From the NCBI GenBank assembly GCA_964304625.1, contig OZ199840.1:8287053-8346456 (forward strand): 59,404 nt of DNA, in the 5' to 3' direction. This document shows, one piece after another, positions 1 through 14,623 of this stretch (positions are counted from its first letter, which is position 1; every line of letters begins with the position of its first letter). The notes beneath the pieces are model-generated. The model had not been told where the DNA came from and ran no database searches. It was given only the letters and a program-made list of their open reading frames with translations. The stretch comes from Kudoa neothunni (lineage: Eukaryota > Animalia > Cnidaria). The position numbers and the translations under genes were made by a program.

Positions 1-3000
1 ACTTGCGCCTCATTCCTCAAGCCCATGACGCAACTCCCTGTGAACAAGCAGTAATGTTCATTTCCACTGTGAATTTATAACTAATACTACTACAAAAATA
101 TTAGCAAAATTAAAATAATACGCATTGAAAATTATGAAACAAATTTAACCTAGTATAATAATAAAATCTGTTGTTAGTCTACTGCTAAAAACGGGTGATT
201 GACAAGTATTTTGATTTTCTGATTAAGAAAAATATTTATTTGCTGTAGATTTTTTCAAAAAAAGGTATTAACCTCATTATTTTATGGTAAGATGTGGTAT
301 TTTATTTGTTCCGCCAATCGAAAAGAGCAATATGTAGATTAATGCAATTTTTCCCAACTTGAAGAAGGTATGAGGATCCATCATAGCTCAATCAAAGTTA
401 ATTTTGCAACTATCATAAGTGTATAAGTATATAAGTATAAGTATGGGGATGCTATCATACATTTTATTTTGATATATTTGTAAATAACTACAATTTAAAT
501 AAACTAATTAATTGAATGAATGAAGTCACACAAAAGTATTATTTCCGTTTAATTTAAAAAGATAAACGTTAAAATGAAAGCAACATTATCAACTTGCCAA
601 TATGAATAGATGTACAAGGGGTAGAAACATCGCAACAATATTTTTGAATAACTGGTGCTATTAGTTATTTCAAATACAATATTTATCAATAAAATGCGTT
701 GTCTGTCTATTACCATAAGTAACGCATGTGCGATACAATTTATCCTCTTTAAAATTTTTCATTAATTATTAAAAATTTATAGATTTAGAATATTCGAATA
801 TATGGCGTATTTGTAAATTTAATATTTTTAAGCGCATAACACGACTTAAAATATAGGATTAACATTCGCTTATTTTGGAGAGATAATCAACTAATGTTAA
901 CTTTCACCCTAAATATTAAAATCTTCCCTTAGTCAAATTATGTATCATCACTCTGTATAGAGTAGTTATGTGTGTGCAAATAACGGGTGGAATGAGCGTA
1001 TTAAATGTTACCTCAACTCAACGAAAATTAATCCGAACAATAAAAATTAATCGCAACAAGTTTTCACTTATCTATCAAAATTTTACAATCTTTAATTAAT
1101 TTTACTTAAAAATTCTTTAAAGAATTAAGTTTAAACCAATTTTTAATTATATCCCTTCTTCAATGTACTAAAATATTTTATTTTTGTTTTAGGAGATTTT
1201 CCAAACCAGTCATATCCAATCCCGAGAGAAGCCGGGAAGTCCTTCCTAATTTTTAACTAGGGATCGTAATTTTCGACGACTAAAATCGACGTTTATTTGG
1301 GCTTAATCATCAGTACGCATGCGTGAGTGTTTGAACATTCCACATTTTAAAAAATTTGAAACAAGCTCCTCATAACAAACTTTTCTTATCAAATAATTAT
1401 AGCGAAGAACGCCAAGAACAATAAAATAACCAAAATTTTCCCCAATTTTGCTATTTTTTTCTATTTCTACAAAAATAACTGGCAGATAAGTGGCTTGAAA
1501 CGCTTTTTAACGATGTTTCTTTGATTTTATCTTTTTGTAAATTTCGTTTGTTGTGGGGATAATTTCACGTTGCAAGATTTACAAGCAAACCCATTTCCCA
1601 CCTTCTCTATGTCGATCTATTCAACAAGAAAGCTATCAATTTCCCCTGTTTACTATCCATTTCAAGTTTTTCCGGAAAATAAACATCGAAACTTTTTTAA
1701 AAAATTCGACAACTAAAATCTGTTTTAATCGAAAATTACGATACATACTTATAACAAAACTCGCTCGATGAAAATAAATTATCATTGCTAAATTTAAAGG
1801 TTGCCATTTTATCATAATAGATATCATTTATAACTCAAAAATTTAACATGAAATATAATTAATCAATTACGTAAGGTGCGGTTGGTATACATTAAAAGTT
1901 TCATAGAGGGTACAAGTCGATATGAGCTGGGAATCACTGATTCAGAGAGTAATTTCGACACACAAAATAATGTGATATATATTAGTTACAGTGAGGGATC
2001 CTTTACATGTAAAAAGTGTAAAACATGAATTATTATTGCAATTTAAACATTATTTAATAATAATAATAATAAATGATTGTATCAATAATGAATAAAGAAT
2101 TTATTTTCTTTACAAAAAATAGCTATACAATATTGATTTTATTTGGGGGATATATTTTTCTACAATGATAAAAATTAAATAAATATTGATAAAAATCAAT
2201 AATTCAATATCCATTATTTTAAATTTTGAGTAAGTTTATTTTTAAATATACATCATCATTGAGCGACAGAATTTAATCTAAAATATTTATTTCAACGCTT
2301 CTAAAATTACTCAAAATTAAATTATGAATCTCAAGAATAATGAATAAAAAATTAATCACAATCATTAATACAATTTTAATTTATCATTTTCTAATTAATT
2401 TATAATTGGTTCCTATAAAACCAAAATTATTAATTATTTGCAAAGAATACTATTTTAATTACAAAAAAATAATATAAATTTATTATTTCTAAATTGTTGT
2501 TTTCTTCTCAATAATTCAATCAAAAATATTACCATAAATTTATTTTATTTAATTTTTCTTAGACAAAATATAAACCAAACAATCAATATATCTTTCTCAA
2601 ATTAAATGAAATTAATTTTATTGAAAAATGAATAATAACGCCACTAAATAAAACGCGCACGTGCTTTTAGATACAACTAAATACCTTTATACATATTTTA
2701 ATTGCACAACTCATAAATATAATAATAATTTTTATTATGAAAACAAAAATTTTATTAAATCTCCCAACTACCTCGTAAAAGAGCAGATCTTTACCACGTA
2801 GACAACTCTATTGAATCATTATGTTAAAATTATTTACATAAGCTTTTTAGAACTAATTTATAAATTAGCGACGGAATAAAAATGTAGACTCGAAAAGAGA
2901 GCAAATTCAGCTAAAAAACTTCTAATCCAAGAATACTCGATGAACAGTTTTAATATTGCATTTTATATCACTAAAGTTCATATGTCGTCGTAAACTAAAC

Positions 3001-3975
3001 GCAGAAAAATCATAGATTTACGAAATAAACGAACAATTTGTTAAATACATCATTATTTATATACTTAACTCCTAAAGATGAATACAACTCAAATTATATA
3101 AAATTAAATTACTCATTTCAATTTTAATACAATTAATCACCGATTTTACGTCATCCCCTCGAGATCGCGGAAAAAATGTGTGAGAAATTGGTAACGTCCA
3201 GTTTTACCCACTTATTAGCACACGTATATAATAATATACGTAGCTATTTAATTGCATACATTTAAGAAACAAATAATTTCTCTCATTTAGAAATAAAATA
3301 ACTAGTTAAGTTGGTCATAAAAAATTCGTCCAAATATTTGAAACACAGCTTCACCATCGATCGATATTTTTTGTCAAATTTAGATAATTTATTAAACTCA
3401 TTTTAATAAATTCGCAAATGAAAACAATAATCGGTTTGTGTTCAATCACTTAAACAATTTTATTTTTGTTTTTTAAAGTGTCATAGGGGTTGGATATGAA
3501 GGATATATTATTTGGTGCTTTATAGTAACAAAATTGGTGGATTTTGTTATTATATTATGGACGTATTTTATTATTTCATGTTTCGATTTAATTTAATTCT
3601 TTCGAATATTCAACAAAATTCATCTATTTTTTAAAAAGCGTTCAAAAAAAAGCACGAAAAATAAAACAATCTGGAAAATTCCCAACCTTATTATATTATT
3701 TAGATCAGAATTCTTTAATAAAAACATTTTAAAAAAATAATATATTTATTGTATATTTGATTATTCAAATTATTTTCCTTTTTTTAAAAAGTGCGTAAAA
3801 CCGGTCACCAACCTACCCAACCCTACCCTATTGTATATGTTTTGTATATTAATTTTTTACTAAAGCATTAATTGTTTGGATTATAAAGATTAAAAATCTG
3901 CTTTTTAGAATCAGAATATATTATTTATTATGGAAACGCAAATAAATAAAAGCCTAAATTGCATTCATCTAATTA

Positions 3976-6409
3976 TTAAGCACACTCTCCATAGCAGCGC
4001 CAAATTTTATAAAAAATAGTACTCTTTTTGTTGTTACTGGATACAGTAAACTCGATCACACGTAAAACATCTGGCGAATCTGACGCCTAAGGAGCACAAT
4101 TAAACGTTGAACAATTATGTCCTGATAAGAATAAGACAGAAAATGATTCTAACCGTAGATATGGTAACGCTTTGAATTTTCGAAGTAAGGATGGATAAAT
4201 AGGAGTGTTTTTCAAAGAAACTTTCCTCAATCATTCTGTTCGCCTCTAACCATTACATTTTGATTAATTAGCAAGCAATCTCAAATACTTACCTATATAA
4301 TTCAACTGTTTAGCCAACTCGATGCGAGTATTGATTCTTGTAAGCAATGCTTGGATATAACTATCAATTGTTTGGGAGGTCAGGATTTTAAGTATCTAAG
4401 ATCAACCTCGAACTATACAAACCTAGTCAAATTGGTTAGATAGATACGCTTTGGTCTTTAATATCCGTTAATTTGAGATTATCACCAAGAAATTGAACCC
4501 AATTATAGAGCCTATCAATTGCTAAAACTTGGAAAACCCAAACAAAATACTTGAATCCATGATGAGTCTTGGATGGCGTATCCGAGAAAAACAGCGAATC
4601 AAACACCGATAGGCTGTTCAAAAAATTGCTAGCAGACATTTAATAAAAAATCATCCAGAAAAAGATTACAAATTGTCTTGCGGAGCTTGGGTAGCTTGGG
4701 TAGCGTTAAATTTCAATATAGGCTTCAGAAGAATGCTCTCCAATGATGGGTCAAAAACAAAGTCCAACAACAATGATAATATTGACTGAAATCGATCTAA
4801 ACCAACCTATATATATATAAATATAGAATTCATCATATACCGTTGGTATTTTTGAGCGCGAAACGAACGACATATTCAAACGTTTTGGATGACTAAAAAA
4901 TACAAATAATCTAAACATTTCGAATATTCACCCACATTTTTTTGGTTTGAGTTATTTAGTTTGTTACAATCAATTACTTTCACCTTGTATTTGATACCTA
5001 AACAACAATTCAAATCACTATCTTGATCACAATAATTTTATTACGATTAGTATAGGATTCATTAAGATGGCAGAAATGGAATAATTTTGTGTACAGAATG
5101 AACAGCGGTCTACACCAAATTTTATAATATCCAAAACAAATGATAACAATAAAGATTGAGGCATACGGTGGTAGTTTTGAAAGAATATTTTGGTTCAACG
5201 ATACAACACAGCAGTTTTCATTAATCAATAAATTCTCAATAGGTTCCGCAGCCTAGATTTTAGTTATTTATAGAAGGAAAAAATATAATATTGATAAATA
5301 TTATAATATAGAATAACTCAGTGTGACTTGTAACAATTAATAATTAAATCAACCTGAGTAAAAAATGCAGCCAAAAATCAAAAAAATGCTGTAACCAGGA
5401 TTCGAACCTGGGTTATCACGGCCACAACGTGAGGTACTGACCACTATACGATTACAGCTCGGGGGAGCTTCGGAATTTACCAAATATATATAGTATATAA
5501 TTACTTTAAGAATGTCTCCCAAGAAGGGATTGATTGAATTCAACATTTTCAAAAGATTAGTAGTAGTGAGTTTTAGCAGCTCAACTTTAGTTTTAGACTC
5601 TTCAACCAATTGTTTGTAGCTAATTTGTAGCAGAGTAAACAACACAGTGAAATAACAGAACGCGAATTGTCTCACCGTTGTCGTTCCTCTATCTCGAAAT
5701 GTAATCGTTTCATCAATTGTTGATGCTGTTCTGTTTCACTTAGGTTATGGATGTTGGAGTCTTCTATTGTTTCAGGGCAAAGATCCAATTCTGAGATGTT
5801 GTATCTAATAGAAAATCAACTAATTAATTATATTGAAAGTGAAAAAATTACAATTTGACACTATATGAATTCATTTGCTGTTTTAGCAAATCGATTTCCG
5901 CATACAAACTTTGAAGTTCGTACACTAGCATGTCAACTTTTTCATTTTGCTACAGTACCGTTTTTTACCAACAAAAACACACAAAATAACAAATATTATA
6001 ATAATACAAATCATCATTAAAGTAGGATAATTGCTATTTGTTCAAATTTTATAGTGAGATTAAAATTATGAAGGAGTTTGGTTGGAGACTTAATTTTATT
6101 ATCAACAAAAAATGGATATACCTCGGAAACCAATCTCTTTTGTTGGTCATAATGTTCTCTTATTTCACAGCTTCGTCGTTTGATTTGAGACAGGGTTATC
6201 AGACCATTTTTGAGGATATCCTCATTGGAATCCTATCCAAATAGAAACCCAAACAGAAAATTTCATATCACTTTTGAGTTCAAATTATTCAGTGTCTTTT
6301 TGAATTTTTCACAGAGATTCACCGCAATTATTGGTAGATTAAAATCATCCATTTTTGATGTTGAAAGTGCCCGAATGTTGACGAGGTGATCATCTGTGGT
6401 GGTTTTCAT
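3976..6409 (-). CDS. THOC5: THO complex subunit 5 (FMIP) homolog, multi-exon
   Basis: Spliced minus-strand exons read ...NEKVDMLVYELQSLYAEIDLLKQQ..., HQQLMKRLHFEIEERQR, NPFLGDILK/AAEPIENLL, LSKLPPYASIF and RLYNWVQFLG, colinear with THOC5 motifs (KVDAYHLQLQNL, HQQTLARLDWELEQRKR, ARHLPPPLY, PYLWVQKLG). ATG at 6409; 3' end approximate. Confidence 0.8.
5387..5458 (-). tRNA. tRNA-His(GTG), intronic in THOC5
   Basis: Reverse complement GCTGTAATCGTATAGTGGTCAGTACCTCACGTTGTGGCCGTGATAACCCAGGTTCGAATCCTGGTTACAGCA: cloverleaf, A/B boxes, GTG anticodon, followed by a T6 Pol III terminator. Confidence 0.96.
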
Positions 6410-6534
6410 GCTGTTCTCACTGCATCCTCTGCATTAAAAATCACTTTAAATAAGTAGATTGACGTCATTTTTATTTTAATAAATATCTCAACAAACGATA
6501 CATTACTGATAATCAATCAACAGGTCGTTTTGTA
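6410..6534. promoter_or_regulatory. Bidirectional promoter THOC5/GNB1L with CRE-like palindrome TGACGTCA (6460-6467)
   Basis: 125 bp between divergent ATGs; perfect TGACGTCA palindrome inside. Confidence 0.5.
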
Positions 6535-8000
6535 ATGATTAATTCCAGTGCCTATTCAAACCATCCTATCATATCGCTGAGGGCTTCCAATAAAACATTC
6601 ACTAGCTTTCAACTACTTGCTAATTTGTATGCGCTAGCCGGGTATTGTTTGGTAGGTGTGGTTGTGAGATGTGAGGATAATGTAGGTCGATGGACGGTGT
6701 TGTTTCCGTGTGGTATCTACCGTTACGGAAGTGTGTTTTTAAACAGATGGTCGGAGAAGGAAACGCTGTTATTTATATGAGCGTTGTTTTGGAAAATGAT
6801 AATTCGACTAGATTTATATGGTATGGGCGCGAAATGATTAAACCATATCGAACTGAAGTATTATTAGTCATGCGAGGTCGAAGTGTGTTTGTATTTGCGA
6901 GTTGTCCCTCAAAAAATCCACCTCTATTAACACTGCTTATTGCGATGACATTAAATTGACCATCCTTCATTCGTTCCCAGTTGATTGTTATTCGTTTTTA
7001 ACTGCAAATTATTTCGCTCGTGGTAATATGCTCGATTAAAATAGTTTTTTTGAACAATTATTTTAGCAGAGAACCACTATATATGCATTCCTTCGACGGA
7101 TAGTTCGAAGGTGGATTTTTGGTGCCCCTTGAATTGCTTTTTATAGATGATGTTAATTTTTGTAGATTGAAATCTTTCAAATCGATTCGCAGCTACGAAT
7201 AATTAATAAGAAATGTAGCCCTAATCTTCCTCAGAAACATGGTATTCTAAATGATCTTTTTGTTACAATCTAAACTATTACTGTTACTAGGGACAATTAT
7301 AAGCTATTCAGTATACGAAAGTGAAAGTGAAAGTGAAAACGAAAGCGGGGTGAGTATGTTAATAGGGTATGAAGATGGATCTTGTTTGGATTATGACCTT
7401 ACCGCCAAATCTGTAAATGGAGAAATCATCAAAGTTTTCAACTCTATGAGTAATTTATTGACGAAATCTTAATGATTATGGCCATTTAGTAACCACTATT
7501 TACGTTGATACTCGGTTGAATCAAATCTATTGTGGATCGGTGGGAAATCACCTAAAAATATATTGTCTTCGTAGCAAACAGCTTCTAAATGACATTGAAA
7601 TCGGAATATCCGGAATTCATTACATTCTACCATTAGATAGCTTGGTTGAGGAGAACAACAAAGAGAAGATATTACTATTGGTGCCGTGGGTTGGTGTGGG
7701 GTAAATTATGCTGTAGTTTTTTAATATAAACTTATTTGTTCGTTCAGGTTGAAGAAAGTAACACTTGATTTGAACTTCAGTGAAAATCCAAGCCAAAAAG
7801 AATGTGATGTTATTTCTAACAATGAGATTTTTCAAGATGGAATTAACTCTGTGTTTATTTTGGAAGGGCCGTCGCCTAAATTCGCCGATTTTAGAAATTT
7901 TGCGGATGGTTTACGGTTCCGCAAATCAGGCCAAAATAACAAAACCTATTTAACAGTTCTGTTCAATAGAGACCTACTGTCTATATACAGTTTTGTGTAA
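6535..8000 (+). CDS. GNB1L: WD40 protein GNB1L/ASA1-like, multi-exon
   Basis: HPIISLRAS..., DGVVSVWYLPLRK, ICIPSTDSSK/IEIFQ, MLIGYEDGSCLDYDL (cf. LLAGYEDGSV) and QIYCGSVGNHLKIY occur in GNB1L order. Confidence 0.72.
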
Positions 8001-10537
8001 GTGCTCTCTTTGTTGTTGTTAAATTATGCGAATTTTTTCGAATTTTAACCCTTCAATGTAGAAAAAAACAACCGCATTCTAATTATAATAAATCAACGCT
8101 TCCCCATTCATTGTAATTCAATGTAGAATCCACATCTCTTACCAAAAAAGAGATTTAAATATAGATTAATTTGTTGGCGGGAAAAATATTTTAACTAAAA
8201 TTACATTAAAAATAAAAAAACCGTCGACTTCAACACGAAAACAAATGTCAATTAAACATATACAACTAATAATAAAGTTAATGTTTTGACTTTTCCATGT
8301 CTTTGTTGGACATTAATTTGATAAAGATATACATAAATCATAACTTTTGAATGAACAAGATATATATTATTTTGGTGGAAAATATCAGATGTGAACCGCT
8401 GCGCGTGCGAGAAATTATGATATCAGTTTTTTGTTCTAATCATAAAATTAAAATAAGAGAATAAACACATGACCCAACCTCGAGAGTAAAGTTTTAGATT
8501 ATATAATTTTGTAACGCTGATCTATTATAATTTGAAATATGACAATAAAAAATATAGTCTTGACGCTAATTAAAGTTTAATACTTACTTGACATATAGTG
8601 TACGTAAAAAAAGAAATAATAAAATTTTTGATAATGCAACCCATTTAAAACATAATCTGATTGTATTTATGAATAAAAACGAAATAAATTATCATTTTTA
8701 TTTCATATGCTAATAACGAGAAAATAGTGGATTGAAAACAAATTAATTTTCAGTTAAATTCATCAAATGACTATTTGTCTATCAGACTTATCTCAGCTTC
8801 GATCATGCACAAATCGCAAGTAACATATTTTCGAGAGAGATTCTGATTAGTTATAATTGGTACATTATGTACGAAGCATATTGGGACGTAAAATTTTTCC
8901 GTTGACTCAAGGTAAAGTCTCGGATCCACGGTAACTGTCTCGCGGACTAGGGGTGGTCAAACATTAATTTTTATCCTAAAAATCAATTATTTAATATACA
9001 CTCAATTAATTTTAATTGTAATTATTATAAAATTATTGACGATAATCCAATATCACTGGAGATCATTTATATTTTGGCATAAAAAGTTTCCATTAGTTAT
9101 ATTAGTTATTTCGGCCGAAAATAAACGTAACAAGAAATTTATCATATTTTTAAACATTAATATATAGTTTGAATAATAGAATTTAATTAGTGAGTATAAG
9201 GTCTAAACAATTGTATTCGAAATCTCATAGGGAAAGTTCAATACTTTATTAACAAAATTTATCTTTATTTAACGCATCCAAAATTTGAACCAAGTTATGC
9301 AACGTATATCTGGACGTTTATTGAAACTACGTAATAATCCGGTGTAAAATTAAATAAATATTTTTTCCATCTATCATTTTATTTTTTTAATAAATAATAA
9401 AAAAGTCCAAGAAAATAATAAATTTCGACACACAAGATATTGCATAAACTAAATACAACAACAGAACTATAAAAGAGAGCAGAATTAACTACGAATTCTA
9501 AATTTGATGAAAAACCTTTCTATATAATTCTATTTCCCTATAATCTTTAAATGCTCCTTGAAATATTTGCGTTTCTAGATTTATACGCGAGTAATTTTGG
9601 CCGACGTCGTCAAAGGTATAATTAGCTCAGCTGAATTATCTTCCAACCAGATTGGAGGATGATAGAATAAATCTTGTGTCCGTATAGTGATGAATTTCAA
9701 TTTTTGTTTCCAATTTTCCTTTTTGGGGAATTGAAAGCAAAATAATAGGATTCGATAGGAGTCAGTCTCATCTATTAAAATTTATTCGAACAATTTTAGA
9801 TTGAACACAGCATGTTTCCCTCCAGAAGTTAACTCCTCAATTCTATCCTCCTGAATTTCGAAAGAGTCGTTTTCAAAATTGTTCGAGTGCATAATATTTG
9901 TATTTCTACACAGAGGTTCATACAGTATAGGGTACGCTTTAACAATTTGGTCGAAAAATATTTTTCGTGTGCTATAATAATATTAGGTTTCTGCAGAGCC
10001 AATGTTATTGAATAGAACTTTTTTAAATGGCTACGCAATTCAAAAATTTATAAATTTTCTCTTGGCCTTAGATGATTCGTCATCCCCTTTTATTGATAAA
10101 AGCAAGTTCAGCTAAATAACACTTTATCTTTTCGTATCTGCCGACAACTTCAACTCTATTGGAACTGGAACATCTAGTATCATTTTTCAAAACATGTCTC
10201 ATATGAGAGAATGTCCCAGGAAATCAGAAAAGTTTCGACTCAGCTTTTATTTGATTTGAGATTTTTCCCGTAATAAGTCATAATTGCAAATAAATTTCAG
10301 TTAATTGCGCCCACTACAATCAATCATTGAATTTATAAAGTCTATTGCAATTAATTAATTCTCAATTAATTTTTGACTACTCATGCTTCGGGAAGCCCTG
10401 GTTTATATTAAAAAATTGACATAAACAAACTTTTCAAACAATTTCTCTAGTAATTCATTCAAAGGTAAAATCATACATCTACTAATAGAGTAAATAAATA
10501 AATAAATTCAGCGTACTTAATTGATGAATTGATAACA

Positions 10538-11572
10538 CTATTTCTGTTTGATTGCCATCCAATCTATTTCCGCAATGTGACCCAAGGCGGAAATAATCTG
10601 TTGTATGTTTATGAATTGTTTGAGCAATGCGAATGGTGCAAAAACCATTGACAACATTGCTAAAATATTAACATTATTGTTTGGACCCAGTTTTATTTGG
10701 TCTAAATAAACAATTAGTTCACATTATTCACTTTGCTTATTACATGAAGAATTCCCATAAAAGTGGTAACCATAGAGGCACAAGAAGAATCCTTCGTTGG
10801 TCACAATGAGAAAAGTCATAAACAACTATACAACAGTTAATGACAGAGCCGAATCAAAGGTTGTATACTCGGCACACGTAATAGAAGCGAAGTAGTTTGA
10901 AATCATTATTGTTGATCATTTTATGGCTATGTTTCTTGGAAATAAGTGTACTATTTCAACTCAGAAGTGAAACTATCACCCAACCAACGTAACTCACTAG
11001 TACATCTGAGCCCAATGACTTGAGATATCAAGTGAAGATAGGATTTGAAAGAATGGGGCCCATTTTGGATAAAATACACACAATACCATTTGAAGTGACA
11101 TGGTGGAGCATCTAAAGTGGATTTTATCAAATAATCGTCTATGTAAGTGTGTTTGTTTAATTTGGACTAACCTATCTATCACCATGTCCAACACAGATCC
11201 ATATACTGAGCCTATGTTTAGAGATTTCAGTCAAATCTAAAAATAATACAAAATCATGCTCACATTGTTTGAGTCGTCGAGCACATTCACCATCCACAGT
11301 GTCGAGCAACACACTGACAGCATAGAGAGCCATAGCAACTTGTGGATTTGTTTGCATGTAGAAAAATGAGGCGATAGCTGTAACTACCCGTCCGTAATCT
11401 ATAGACAATTGGGTAATAACATTGGAGATGTTCAATTATGAAACAATTCGAATAATTGGACAAAGTCATTGAAACGGCCGAAATACATACCAATAATGTT
11501 GGGAATAAAAAATGGAACTGGATTCCATGAGTTTTTGTTTTTGATGGAATCTGGAGAGTTGGACATTTTCAT
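10538..11572 (-). CDS. CDIPT: CDP-diacylglycerol--inositol 3-phosphatidyltransferase (PI synthase), multi-exon
   Basis: PFFIPNII/DYGRV, the CDP-alcohol motif LLDTVDGECARRLKQ...LDMVIDR, LDISSHWAQMY, and C-terminal PFALLKQFINIQQ...*. Confidence 0.93.
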
Positions 11573-11773
11573 TTGTCAGGAACTGTTAAATAAAATGTCT
11601 CGGTTTAAAATAACCCCATAAACATCACATCTACCTTTCGTTTAAGCAAATCAAAACGTTTGGGTGATTAGCGTGACAATCAGTAAAACGACCCTCGGGT
11701 CCGATTAGCTCTGCTTAATCTGATGCACCAGTTATCTCATAAATAATGGAGCACGTGATACAGATCGGTTGTG

Positions 11774-13006
11774 ATGTCTGAGAACCGTCCGCGTCATTTT
11801 CATTCCAAAACGGAAACCACTTTCATAAAAATGCATCCAACCACAGATTTGATTGCGTTATGTCATTATAGTGGTCGAATAAGATTGTACATTGCTCGTG
11901 TGTGTGTGTGTAGGGGTGGTTTTATAAATTTTGGCAGTTTTAGTTATGAGGATGGTAATAAGTTAAAGAAAGTTTATGACGTTAGACCATTTATCGATAT
12001 TAGTTGTAATAATATTGATTTTAATAATGACGGAACAAGTTAATTGATTGGTTTGGTTTTCCGAATATTGAGTTGTTATAGATTTTTTCAACACTTTCTC
12101 TAACGGATCGATCACTATTCACGATCTGGAGAAAGAAGTTCTCCTCAACAGTTATTCTAATCCAAAGTTATTTCCATCCGGAGTTATATTGTTAATTCGT
12201 TTGGATTTTCTATTAGAAAAATTTCATCCAATATAGTTCGTTCTATAAATCAAAATCTATTTGTTGCATCTTATGAATGTGGGGATTTTAAAGTGATTTA
12301 CTTACTGCTGCTAAGAATATTTTTTAAAAGTTCATCTTCATGATTAGATTTTCGACCGAAGACTTGCAAACGAATCAGCAGTAGTTTCAACATTTAGTCA
12401 TCCAGATGAAATTGTTAACGATGTTGCTTGCCATCCCAACAAAAACGAGTTAGTAGTCACAGTATCCAGCAACGGATTCCTTGATGCATACAATATCAAA
12501 AAAAATAAACTTATTGATCAGAGTGATCCGCAGTTGTGTGATTTGATCAGCGTGGCATTTTATTCGCACAAAAAAGTGCTTGTGGGAAACGGATCTGATG
12601 ATGGATGTGTTAGTGTGTTCAATGTGGATGAGTGGGGAAACAGTGTAGACCGAATTATGCTGAAAACCAATTCATCTGTTGATTATATTTCGGTATTGTC
12701 GAATGATAACGTGCTGTTTGGTACTGCTGATGGACCCTTGATGTGATTTTTGAGAGTGTGAATTAATATAATATTTGAGTTAGGTTATATTCTTTGTATC
12801 CTCACAGACAATTGGCAAAATTTGGCGGTCATATTAAAGCTCCATTGCTTGGCATGACTGTGTCCAATGATGAACGACTAGTTGCATCTTTGATTGAAAA
12901 TACTGTCTACTTCTACAATATTTATACTCCAGATACTTCGATTCCTCGCAAGAAACCAACCAAACGAAAACAACCTGTCGTTTCCACGTTTTATGATGAT
13001 ATGTAG
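11774..13006 (+). CDS. WDR55: WD repeat protein 55 (JIP5-like), multi-exon
   Basis: MHPTTDLIAL, FSY, GFLDAYNIKKNKLIDQSDPQLCDLISV, GSDDGCVSVFNVDEWGNSVDR, FGTADG and C-terminal FYDDM, matching WDR55 order. Confidence 0.85.
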
Positions 13007-13121
13007 ATTTTTATGTGCCATTTTTTGATATTTTTTGTTTTTTTTCGAGGGAAATAGTAATAATCTAAAATATGAATAAAATTTATGTTTATTGAAATGA
13101 ATAACACTCAAGAATCGATTT

Positions 13122-13122
<1 letters not shown>

Positions 13123-13156
<34 letters not shown>
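13123..13156. repeat. (TA)n microsatellite
   Basis: Uninterrupted TA run of ~34 bp. Confidence 0.95.
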
Positions 13157-13159
<3 letters not shown>

Positions 13160-13318
13160 CAACCTAATATTTTTTTAAATATAATAAAAATGTTTTCTGT
13201 CATTTTTAATCCCCTTATATAATTAAATGTGAATAATGTTTAATTTTTTCTTATTATTTTGTTCCTATAATAAAGTAAATAGTTATAAGAAAACTTTACT
13301 GACCATATAACTCTAAGT

Positions 13319-13867
13319 CAGTATTTCCAAACTGCGTTTCTATCGCGCCCCACCTTCTTCAAAGGTATTGATTTTTTTTAACTTAAACTGTTTATAACAT
13401 TGAATAAAGCTCCCTATCACATTAAAATTAAAATGTATTCGATTATCTCTAACTTAATTTATCAGTGGACCTTAAAAATTAACATCTTTGGTTCTTCGTG
13501 TCGTCAAAAATAGCGTCAAATGAAACTCGTGATAATTCTACCTTCATTAGGAAAGACTTTGGTGTCTATGGGTCAAATAACCGGACAACAAATAATATAA
13601 ATACAATATTAATCAATATTATATTAGGTTTAATCAAAAAGGGCAAATACGATTTTATTCGGGTAAAGGACGCGTTAAATATTATTATTAATTGTTATAT
13701 AATTAGTCATTAATTTTTGTTTTTTATGATGCCGTCACTTAAAAATAAGCAACATCGGAAATCTCCAGATTGACTTCAAAGTATATCATACTGCCAAATT
13801 ATCCTACCATTATCCGTGTCACAAGGGTACTCGGAATTTTCCACGCACACCAAATTGGGAAACACTG
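13319..13867. mobile_element. hAT-type non-autonomous element (MITE)
   Basis: Termini CAGTATTTCCAAA... / ...TTGGGAAACACTG; 8-bp flanks CTCTAAGT and TTCTAAGT (7/8, TSD-like). Confidence 0.6.
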
Positions 13868-14007
13868 TTCTAAGTGATTGATATTTTATTTGGTTTGATA
13901 TGAAATTTCTTTATAAAATGGGATAACATTAATTCATTCAATTTTTCATTTTTTGTTTTTATTGGAATTAATTTCCATGAAGCAACGCTGGAAAAAATCC
14001 TTTATAT

Positions 14008-14623
14008 CGAGGGTTCTCAATCGTTTTTTTTTAATTTATCTCCCCGGCTTAATGATAAATTCAAATTTAACCCCTTTTACTTGGAAGCAATATTTATATT
14101 CTAAGATTTTGTATTAGTTTGGCTGTGACAGAGGCTATTTTCAGGGTAAATTCTGATCCTATAAGACTTGTACATTTGTACACTTGTGTAACGACAATTT
14201 TTAAGTCCATCAACTCTTACTCACAAAATGTCTGCAGATTTAATTTTTTAGATTTTGCTAAATTAAATTATGTCTGAACCATTCCTTCGCTCTTATGGGC
14301 CTATAAAAATTAAAAATGGTCAAAACTAGCGACATCTGAATACTATTTACCGATAAAATAGCCATTTTGATTATTATTATTATTATTATTAGGCAACATT
14401 ATTTAAATATAAACTAGCCATAAAAGAAAGAGACTGATTATAATTTTATAAATATTTGTTCTTAAAAACATTTTAAGCATTTCTGCAAACTTCTGATGGA
14501 GTTTAATAACCCCGAATAATATAATTCGTTATAAATCCTTAAGTACGTAACAAACTCCATTATGCAAAAATTTTCCCTATCCAATTTTGATGTTATTTAA
14601 TCTTCCCTCGGCTGAGAACCTTT
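14008..14623. mobile_element. Possible decayed hAT MITE
   Basis: GGGTTCTCAA at left and TGAGAACC at right in inverted orientation; no clear TSD. Confidence 0.35.

Noticed and set aside
418-444. Short AGTATA tandem repeat, and coding micro-repeats at ~4684 and ~7317
   Set aside because: Ordinary slippage repeats.
5349-5675. 108-aa ORF
   Set aside because: A THOC5 exon read through intron and tRNA-His sequence.
8948-10400. Possible decayed hAT element (TAGGGGTGGTCAAAC end, NDTRCSS fragment)
   Set aside because: Termini match poorly and there is no TSD; too weak to call.
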